A stretch of DNA of 30,311 nt from a virus (Duplodnaviria > Caudoviricetes): positions 1 to 30,311 of the IMG/VR virus record IMGVR_UViG_3300046002_003876; one strand, given 5' to 3'. Numbering within the stretch: position 1 is the stretch's first letter; the number at the start of each line of letters is the position of its first letter. Positions 24,301 to 30,311 of this stretch are shown one piece after another. The position numbers and the translations under genes were made by a program. Below the pieces are notes generated by a model. It was not told the DNA's origin. It searched no databases and saw only the letters and a program-made list of their open reading frames with translations.

Positions 24301-25831
24301 CAATACCAGTGGTCAATACAATATTGGCATCGGCGCAGATGCGCTACGCGCGGGCACAATATTTGTCAGCAATATTGCAATTGGGGATACGGCCCTGAGG
24401 AACTGCACGGGTGATCAAAACATCGCCATCGGCTATCTATCAGGACAAGCCATTACCACAGGATCGAATAACGTAATTATTGGACGCTACAGCGGTAATA
24501 CTGCCGCGCTGGATATCCGAACCGCCAGTAATTATCTTGTACTGTCTGACGGCGCTGGGAATATTCGATTTACTGTCAATAATAGCGGGCACGCGGCGAT
24601 TCCATCAACTTCGCGCATCTGCCTAGATGGCGTAGCCGGAACCGGAGACACCTACCTCGTCGAATCAGCCGCGAACACGCTCGACCTCGTGGCCGGTGGC
24701 GTCACGGCAATTTCCACGACGGGCACGCTGACCACATTTGGCACGGCCACCGTGCGTCCGACGGCGAATGACGGGGCCGCGCTGGGAGCGTCTGGCACGG
24801 CATGGTCTGACCTGTTCCTCGCGTCTGGCGCGGTCGTGAACTTCAACGCAGGCGATGTCACCATCACGCACGCGGCCAATACGCTCACGTTTGGTGGGGC
24901 CACGACTGGCTACGTGTTCAGCGATGGGCCAGTAACGGTCACGGCGGGCAGCGCCAGTGCGCCAGCAATCACGACTAGCGGCGACTTGAATACCGGTGTG
25001 TTTTTCCCAGTGGCTGATGAAATTGCCATTGCCACTGGCGGCAGTGAGCGCGTCCGCATCGATTCGAACGGCAACCTCGGCATTGGGGTGGCCGCAGGCA
25101 CAGCCTTGCAGGTATTCGACATTATGCGTGACGGCGCGGTCACGGCCCGTCAAACGCGGTATAGCACCGATGCCAGCGGGGGACTCAACACCATCCGCAA
25201 GGCACGAGGCACGCAAGCGTCGCCATCGGCGGTCGCCGCCGCAGACACGATGGGAAATTTTACGTTCCAAGCCTATGGCGGTACCAATTACCGCACGCTG
25301 GCGGTAATCGGCGCTGTTGTTTCTGCCTACGTGTCCGACACGAACATGTCGGCCAATCTGCGGTTTTCTACCACCAATGCCAGCACGGCCAGCACGGAGC
25401 GTCTGAGGATTACCGCCGCAGGCGATGTGGCGATGGGTGCGGCGGCTAAACTCCTGCTCGATAATGTCGACGGCAGTGGCGATACCTACATCACCGAAAC
25501 GTCAGCCAACAACATCGCGATCTTTACGGGCGGCTCCGAGCGCCTGCGCCTCGATGGCAGCGGAAACGTGGGCGTCAACGTCACGACCTTTGGCACCTCG
25601 GCGGCAGGCGTGCTGGGCCTGAAGAATGGCACGGAGCCGAGCAGCGGCCCGGCCGATACGGTACAGGTCTATAGCGTCGACCGCAGCGCGGGCAATACGA
25701 TCCCGGCCATCTACTGTGAGGGGAGTGGCGTCACCAATGCCGGAATTACCAGCACGACGGTGACCCACAAAATCGCACTCAAAGTGAACGGCACGGTATA
25801 CTACTTACTGGCGACGACGAACGCCACCTAA
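21380..25831 (+). CDS. Large fibre/adhesin-like structural protein (1483 aa)
   Basis: G/T/S/A-rich. Collagen stretch GPQGPEGPQGPQGVPG, repeated GV.NGGTG units, N.A.G..AL repeats, ER.RI...GN.GIG repeats. Confidence 0.8.
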   Translation: MSVEYHDRPNTVNVDEDQRSVENVDQPNVVEVIDNGTTVTVVASVGAIGPQGPEGPQGPQGVPGAVQSITASSPLSVVGSLSPNISLSGIVGVANGGTGASSLTGYVYGNGSSPFTASLTIPNSAVSGLGTMALQNATSVAITGGTVTGVAVPSAGAINWDGGAAPMAWDTTDSTLTLALNANVSYRLGAQELVRVMNRTGTTIAKGKAVYILGAHGDRPEVALADASGELTAATTLGITAESIDHTAEGFVCITGMLRGINTNALTEGALVWLSQTAGELTNTRPTQPLHGVFMGLCVRQAPGDAGILYVSVVNGQELDELHDVLITSPTAGQLFKRNAGNTLWVNATPGALTKTDDANVTLTLGGSPSAALVNDASLTLGWTGTLAASRLNANVVQSVTNDSNVTGSIASQRLTLGWTGTLPASRLNASVVQSVTNDTNVTGSINTQNLTLGWTGQLGVARGGTGTATLTGYVKGNGVSAMTAASTIPSSDITGLGTMSAQNATSVAITGGTISGIADLAVADGGTGASTAQAAMNTFAGAVTSGQYLRGNGSNVVMSAIQAADVPTLNQNTTGTAAGLSQTLAVSSGGTGTTSLTGYLVGNGSSAFTAVSSIPGSAISGNIAGNAANVTGLVAVTNGGTGVGSLTGLVKGNGTSAFTAATSGVDYAPATSGTAILYGNGSGGFSAVSIGANLSFTGGTLSATGGGGGVSAVTASAPLASSGGATPDISFTGTLGIANGGTGQTTAGNAFDALAPTTTLGDVIYHDGTDNVRLAGQTTTTRNFLRQTGTGSLSAAPAWDTVTKTDVGLSNVENTALSTWAGSGNLTTTGTIRPTADDGAALGVSGTAYSDVYLASGAVVDFNAGDVTITHSAASSGGLTFAGASAGYTFSNGDVMIQSVRVGKGVNALAENTCVGVSALSAVTTGSHNTAVGWNALNANSSGTYNVALGRSALLANTSGIQNVALGALALSGNTSGQYNIGIGADALRAGTIFVSNIAIGDTALRNCTGDQNIAIGYLSGQAITTGSNNVIIGRYSGNTAALDIRTASNYLVLSDGAGNIRFTVNNSGHAAIPSTSRICLDGVAGTGDTYLVESAANTLDLVAGGVTAISTTGTLTTFGTATVRPTANDGAALGASGTAWSDLFLASGAVVNFNAGDVTITHAANTLTFGGATTGYVFSDGPVTVTAGSASAPAITTSGDLNTGVFFPVADEIAIATGGSERVRIDSNGNLGIGVAAGTALQVFDIMRDGAVTARQTRYSTDASGGLNTIRKARGTQASPSAVAAADTMGNFTFQAYGGTNYRTLAVIGAVVSAYVSDTNMSANLRFSTTNASTASTERLRITAAGDVAMGAAAKLLLDNVDGSGDTYITETSANNIAIFTGGSERLRLDGSGNVGVNVTTFGTSAAGVLGLKNGTEPSSGPADTVQVYSVDRSAGNTIPAIYCEGSGVTNAGITSTTVTHKIALKVNGTVYYLLATTNAT

Positions 25832-25842
25832 CGGAGAGACCC

Positions 25843-26100
25843 ATGGCACTCACAGGCACCTTGCTCCAGGCCGCGGCCCAGTTTCGGCTGGATGGCACGA
25901 CGGTTCTGAACTACACCATCAACATTGAAGACGACGTGCTGGGCGTCGTGGGCAGCCGTGGCTACACGGTCGACGACCCGGCGGTGGTCGCCAACGTGCT
26001 GGCCTACGTGAACCAGATGTTGCCCATGATTGAGGCCCAGACGGGCATCCCGGTGGCCCTGCCCGTGGCCCCGCCTGCCCCGCCGGACGTGGAGGAATAA
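25843..26100 (+). CDS. Hypothetical protein, fibre-associated
   Basis: GGAGAG RBS. Directly follows the fibre gene. Confidence 0.6.
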   Translation: MALTGTLLQAAAQFRLDGTTVLNYTINIEDDVLGVVGSRGYTVDDPAVVANVLAYVNQMLPMIEAQTGIPVALPVAPPAPPDVEE

Positions 26101-26303
26101 TGCGCGTCACGAATTACTGGAAACTCAAGGCGGCGGTCGTGCAGCATCAGAACGCCCAGATGAAGCTGGAAGTGCTGGCCGCGCAGACAAAGCACGCCTT
26201 CGACACCGCGCTACGTGAGGCGGGGCTGGACCCGGCCAAGACCTACACGATGGATGACGCCACCGAGACGGTGGTGGAGACGGAGACGGCCCCCGCCGAG
26301 TAG
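26100..26303 (+). CDS. Hypothetical small coiled-coil protein, fibre-associated
   Basis: GGAGGA RBS, TAATG coupling. Confidence 0.6.
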   Translation: MRVTNYWKLKAAVVQHQNAQMKLEVLAAQTKHAFDTALREAGLDPAKTYTMDDATETVVETETAPAE

Positions 26304-26308
26304 ACCGC

Positions 26309-26764
26309 ATGCCGGTGACCAAGCCCATCGCGCCGTATCGCAAGGCGAAAACGAAAAGCGACAAGCGCCGCCCGCCGCACACGGCCGAGGAGACGCAGAT
26401 TGTCGAGCGCCGCGCGCAGGCTCTGAGCTTGCGGCGCGAAGGGCTGACGTATCGGCAGATTGGCAAACGGCTCGGTGTCTCGGTCGAAGTGGCGTATGCC
26501 GACGTGCAAGCGGAACTCTCGGCCCTCCGCACCATCACCGCGGAGGACGCCGAAGCCGTGCGCGACCTTGAACTGCGGCGGCTGGACGACTACGTCTCCG
26601 CGCTATGGCCGAAGGCGGCTGAGGGCGATACGGCCGCGATTGCCACGCTGCTGCGCGTGCAGGAGCGCCGCGCCAAGTATCTGGGCCTTGACGCCCCGGA
26701 CAAGCAGGAAATCCTCGGAGACGCGCCAGTCTTCACGCTCCGCATTGACCGTGGCGACGGCTGA
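26309..26764 (+). CDS. terS: Terminase small subunit
   Basis: HTH ALSLRREGLTYRQIGKRLGVS, EL.RLD, RRAKYLGLDAP. Directly upstream of TerL. Confidence 0.75.
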   Translation: MPVTKPIAPYRKAKTKSDKRRPPHTAEETQIVERRAQALSLRREGLTYRQIGKRLGVSVEVAYADVQAELSALRTITAEDAEAVRDLELRRLDDYVSALWPKAAEGDTAAIATLLRVQERRAKYLGLDAPDKQEILGDAPVFTLRIDRGDG

Positions 26765-28022
26765 CCTCAGCCTGCATCCGGGGCAGGCGCAGGTCTTCGA
26801 CTCCGACGCCGCTTACCGCGTGCTGGTCAGCGGCCGACGTTGGGGCAAGACGGAACTGTGCAAGGCTGAGACGCTCCGCGAGATGGGCACACCGGGCACC
26901 CTCTGGTATATCGCGCCCACCTACGACATGGCGCGTGACCTCATGTGGGAGCCGCTACGGGCCATTGTGCCGCGGCACTGGTTGGCGCGTGACCCGAACG
27001 AATCGCGTATGGAACTGTGGACGCACTGGGGCTGCCGCGTGGCGTGCAAGTCGGCCGAGCATCCCGACCGGTTGCGTGGCAGGGGCTTGCGGAAGGCCAT
27101 CATGGACGAGTTCCAAGACTGGCGCGACGGGCTGGCCATCTGGGAAGAGGTGGTGCAGCCCATGCTGCTGACCACGCGCGGCACGGCGCTGTTTACGGGC
27201 ACGCCGAAGCACTTCAACCATCTCTACCAGCTCTACGCGCGGGGCCAGTCCACCGACCAGCGGTGGGCCAGCTGGGCCTCGTGGCAGTTCCGCACGGCCG
27301 ATGCGCCGCACATCCCGCGCGAATTGCTTGAAGAGATGCGCCAGCAGATGGACGCGCGCGCGTTCCGGCAGGAGTTCGAAGCCTCGTTTGAGGCGCTGTC
27401 TGGCCGCGCCTACTATGCCTTCGTGCGGGGCCAGCACGTGCGCCCAGTCACGCTGGAGCCTGGGGCACCCGTGGCGGTCACGTTCGACTTCAACATCCAG
27501 CCTGCCACCGCGCTCATCTGCCAGCGCATCGGTGACGAGGCCCGCGTCTGGAGAGAAGTCTGGATTACGAGTGCCGGGGGCGAGGCGACCCGCGCGGCGG
27601 CGTCCCGTGCGCGTGACCTGCTGGCCGAGGCGGGCTACCGCGGGGCCGTGCAGGTCTACGGCGATCCGGCGGGACGGGCAGGGAAGACGACTGGCCCGTC
27701 TGACCATGCGGTGCTGCGTGAGGTCTTCGGCGGGGGCAGCTTCTACATTCCCAAGGTGGCCCCGCACGTGAAAGACCGCGTGGAGGCCGTCAACGCGCGG
27801 TGCCAGACGGCCAGCGGGGCGGCACGGCTGACGGTGGACCCGTCCTGCGAGCATCTCATCAGCGACCTAGAGCAAGTGGTTTATACTGACGCGGGTGACC
27901 TTGACAAGCGGAGCAACCCCATGCTGACCCACATCTCAGACGCGCTCGGCTACTGGATTCACCAGGCATGGCCTCCCGTGGCCCGTGGCGGCGTGGGCAT
28001 GGGGCACGTGTCATGGCTGTGA
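26751..28022 (+). CDS. terL: Terminase large subunit
   Basis: LHPGQ, Walker A GRRWGKT, YIAPTY, LRG.GL, Walker B IMDE, TGTP, FRQEFEASF, nuclease DFN and HISDALGY. GTG 26751 is the likely start. Confidence 0.95.
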   Translation: MATADLSLHPGQAQVFDSDAAYRVLVSGRRWGKTELCKAETLREMGTPGTLWYIAPTYDMARDLMWEPLRAIVPRHWLARDPNESRMELWTHWGCRVACKSAEHPDRLRGRGLRKAIMDEFQDWRDGLAIWEEVVQPMLLTTRGTALFTGTPKHFNHLYQLYARGQSTDQRWASWASWQFRTADAPHIPRELLEEMRQQMDARAFRQEFEASFEALSGRAYYAFVRGQHVRPVTLEPGAPVAVTFDFNIQPATALICQRIGDEARVWREVWITSAGGEATRAAASRARDLLAEAGYRGAVQVYGDPAGRAGKTTGPSDHAVLREVFGGGSFYIPKVAPHVKDRVEAVNARCQTASGAARLTVDPSCEHLISDLEQVVYTDAGDLDKRSNPMLTHISDALGYWIHQAWPPVARGGVGMGHVSWL

Positions 28023-28237
28023 GGCGCAGCGGCTGGGCCGTGCTGGCGCAGATGGCCGCCTATCTGGCGCTCGGCGTCGGCTTTATTGTCGGGCTGGGCC
28101 TCGGGCCGTGGTGGGCGTGGGCGGTGGCCACGTTCTACGGCATGAACGCGGGGATTGTCTTGCAGACCTACTGGGCCACACGCCACGTGCCAGACAACGT
28201 GGTGCCGTTTCAACGCACGACCACGACGCAGAGGTGA
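28013..28237 (+). CDS. Small membrane protein
   Basis: Two hydrophobic segments. Overlaps the TerL end. Confidence 0.55.
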   Translation: MAVRRSGWAVLAQMAAYLALGVGFIVGLGLGPWWAWAVATFYGMNAGIVLQTYWATRHVPDNVVPFQRTTTTQR

Positions 28238-28241
28238 ACCA

Positions 28242-28532
28242 ATGGCCAAGAAAGCGAAAGACCCGCGCCTGACCCGATTGGGGCTGGAAGACTACAACCA
28301 GCCGAAGCGCACGCCGTCGCATCCGACGAAGTCTCACGTGGTGGTGGCCAAGGAAGACGGCGAGGTCAAAACGATCCGCTTCGGCCAACAGGGCGTGAAA
28401 GGGTCACCGCGCCGCGAAGGCGAGTCGGCCGCAGACCGTGAGCGTCGTGAGGCCTTCCGCGCGCGCCATGCCGAGAACATCGCCAAAGGGAAAATGAGCG
28501 CGGCGTACTGGTCTAACCGTGTGAAGTGGTGA
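28242..28532 (+). CDS. Conserved basic viral protein (Tlr6F-like motif pattern)
   Basis: GAGGTG RBS. K.IRFGQQG...RR.AF.ARH...SAAYWS..VKW. Confidence 0.65.
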   Translation: MAKKAKDPRLTRLGLEDYNQPKRTPSHPTKSHVVVAKEDGEVKTIRFGQQGVKGSPRREGESAADRERREAFRARHAENIAKGKMSAAYWSNRVKW

Positions 28533-28534
28533 GT

Positions 28535-29878
28535 ATGTGGTCAGTGACGCACGGCGATTGCCGGGAGGTGCTGCGCGGCATTGCAGACGCATCAGTGGAC
28601 GCGGTAATCTGCGACCCGCCCTATGAGCTGGGCTTCATGGGCAAGGCGTGGGATTCATCCGGCATTGCCTACGATGTGACCGTCTGGCGCGAGTGCCTGC
28701 GCGTGCTGAAACCGGGCGGGCACCTGATCGCCTTCGGCGGGAGCCGCACGTATCACCGGCTGGCGTGCGCGGTCGAGGATGTGGGCTTCCAGATCCGCGA
28801 CCAGGTGTTGTGGCTGTATGGTTCAGGGTTCCCGAAATCGCTGGATATCAGTAAGGCAATTGACCGACGGGGCGGATCGCAGATTGCATGGTTTGGGCCG
28901 TGGTTCCGCGCTTGGAGAGAATCTCGTGGTATCACGCAGAAGGCAGTCGCTGCATTATTTCCAAGTCGATCTGGCGGGCTTACTGGGTGTGTAGCTAATT
29001 GGGAGCTTGGATTTAATCTTCCTACGGTCGATCAATTTAATACGATCAAGGACGCATTTGGGCTTCCGTTTGAGAGCATGAACGAAGCCGCGCGCGAGGT
29101 GGTCGGGCAAAACTGGCGACTGGATCGCAAGGAAGGCGTAGTGAATTACGGTGGAGGCACTCCAACGGGAGTATATGACCTGACAGCCCCTGCGACCGAC
29201 GAGGCTCGCCAGTGGGCCGGATGGGGGACGGCGCTGAAGCCCGCACACGAACCGGCAGTGCTGGCGCGGAAGCCGATCGTCGGGACGGTGGCCGAGACCG
29301 TGCTTGCGTATGGGACTGGTGGGATCAACATCGACGCAGGGCGCGTCGATGGCAACCGCTGGCCCGCCAATCTGATCCACGACGGCAGCGAGGCTGTGAC
29401 GGCGATGTTCCCGCAGTCAGATTCGGGAACATCTGAGAGCGCGGCGCGGTTTTTCTACTGTGCAAAGGCGAGCAGGGCCGATCGCGAGTTCGGCCTGTCG
29501 GACGACGCTCCGGAAGTCTCTGCCGAGGATCGCGTCGGCCGCGCGGCCGGAAGCGCAGGGATGGACAATCCAAGGGCCGGAGCCGGGCGCACTGCGGCCG
29601 GGCGGAATCACCACCCGACCGTGAAACCGATCGCGCTGATGCGGCATCTGGTGCGGCTGGTGACGCCACCGGGAGGGCTGGTGCTTGACCCATTTGCTGG
29701 CAGCGGCTCCACTGGCGTCGCCGCGAAGCTCGAACGGATTCGGTTTCTCGGCATTGAACAGGACGCCGGATATGCCGCGCTGGCGCAGGCGCGGATTGAT
29801 GGCACGACGCCCACGCAAAACGACCCGCCCGCACAACCGACCCTCTGGCCAAATGAGGCCACTACACCATGCCACTGA
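28535..29878 (+). CDS. DNA N6-adenine/N4-cytosine methyltransferase (beta-class order) with inserted HTH
   Basis: GDC, DPPY, RVLKPGG, HPTVKP..LMR.LVRLVTPPGG.VLDPFAGSGSTG. Confidence 0.92.
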   Translation: MWSVTHGDCREVLRGIADASVDAVICDPPYELGFMGKAWDSSGIAYDVTVWRECLRVLKPGGHLIAFGGSRTYHRLACAVEDVGFQIRDQVLWLYGSGFPKSLDISKAIDRRGGSQIAWFGPWFRAWRESRGITQKAVAALFPSRSGGLTGCVANWELGFNLPTVDQFNTIKDAFGLPFESMNEAAREVVGQNWRLDRKEGVVNYGGGTPTGVYDLTAPATDEARQWAGWGTALKPAHEPAVLARKPIVGTVAETVLAYGTGGINIDAGRVDGNRWPANLIHDGSEAVTAMFPQSDSGTSESAARFFYCAKASRADREFGLSDDAPEVSAEDRVGRAAGSAGMDNPRAGAGRTAAGRNHHPTVKPIALMRHLVRLVTPPGGLVLDPFAGSGSTGVAAKLERIRFLGIEQDAGYAALAQARIDGTTPTQNDPPAQPTLWPNEATTPCH

Positions 29879-30105
29879 TGCAGCGCGCCACGGAAGAAGT
29901 CTGCGAGTCGATTGCCTCGCAGATTGACGCCATCATCCGCGAACGACGGATGTCCTACGCGCAAGTGGCCGCGTTGGCCGGGGTCTGCGAGAACACAGTC
30001 GGGCGCGTCATGACCCTCAAAAACACGCGCCTGTCGGTGCTGGTGCAGATTGCAGAAGGGCTAGGCTGTCAGTTTGTGGTCACATTGACGCCGCGCAACC
30101 CATAA
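29869..30105 (+). CDS. XRE/Cro-family HTH regulator
   Basis: RERRMSYAQVAALAGVCENTVGRV....NTRLSVLVQIAEGLG. Confidence 0.8.
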   Translation: MPLMQRATEEVCESIASQIDAIIRERRMSYAQVAALAGVCENTVGRVMTLKNTRLSVLVQIAEGLGCQFVVTLTPRNP

Positions 30106-30155
30106 TCTAGGGGTTGCGCCTTGATTCTGGCCACTGCGCCACGCACAATGAACCC

Positions 30156-30311
30156 GTGGCTATCCCAGCATCAGCGCCGCTTGGTGCGCCGTCCTCTGTT
30201 ATCGGTGTCGTGCATCCGCTCTACCTGCGGTGGCGCGACGTCTGGGTCAAACTCCTCGACGTCTACGAAGGCGCGGGGGGCTTTCTCGACGACACCAAGC
30301 CCTACCTGATT
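30156..30311 (+). CDS. Portal protein, N-terminal fragment (not in ORF track)
   Basis: GTG 30156 opens MAIPASAPLGAPSSVIGVVHPLYLRWRDVWVKLLDVYEGAGGFLDDTKPYLI, running off the window end. HP.Y......W....D.Y.G.......YL is a typical portal N-terminus, and the position after TerL fits. Confidence 0.7.
   Translation, partial: MAIPASAPLGAPSSVIGVVHPLYLRWRDVWVKLLDVYEGAGGFLDDTKPYLI

Noticed and set aside
21380-25831. Diversity-generating retroelement target or CRISPR-like array in the fibre repeats
   Set aside because: Repeats are in-frame protein repeats without adenine-specific differences or spacers, and no reverse transcriptase or cas gene is present in the window.
26460-26750. N-terminal extension of TerL as given in the ORF track
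   Set aside because: It overlaps terS and is low-complexity. Terminase motifs begin right after GTG 26751.
30121-30309. 62-aa ORF listed at the window end
   Set aside because: A different frame starting at GTG 30156 gives a recognisable portal N-terminus.
1-30311. Many long minus-strand and alternative-frame ORFs in the track (e.g. 4883-5974, 10883-11704, 26955-27854)
   Set aside because: They shadow well-supported + strand genes in GC-rich DNA and have no recognisable motifs or RBS.

Overview
GC-rich segment of a tailed (siphovirus-like) bacteriophage genome. All credible genes lie on the + strand, many coupled by ATGA/GTGA/TAATG overlaps. Order: end of a probable glycosyltransferase, head-tail and tail genes (tube, chaperone pair, tape measure, tail tip, S74-chaperoned fibre), lysis cassette, a metallophosphoesterase / C39-like peptidase / dNMP kinase / DUF4406 cluster, a structured intergenic region, an HTH gene, ERF-YqaJ-SSB recombination genes, a replication initiator with an internal repeat origin plus loader, small accessory genes, a second 1483-aa fibre module, terminase, an inserted methyltransferase block and the start of the portal. 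It probably covers most of the genome except the capsid module. No integrase, tRNA, CRISPR array or reverse transcriptase was seen. The most unusual signals are RNA-level: a promoter- and terminator-bounded ~77-nt RNA with two CCUCC (anti-Shine-Dalgarno) hairpin loops, a highly structured region upstream of the replication initiator, and a UCC-UUU-CGC +1 frameshift candidate in the tail chaperone. All family assignments come from motif recognition by eye, not from database searches.
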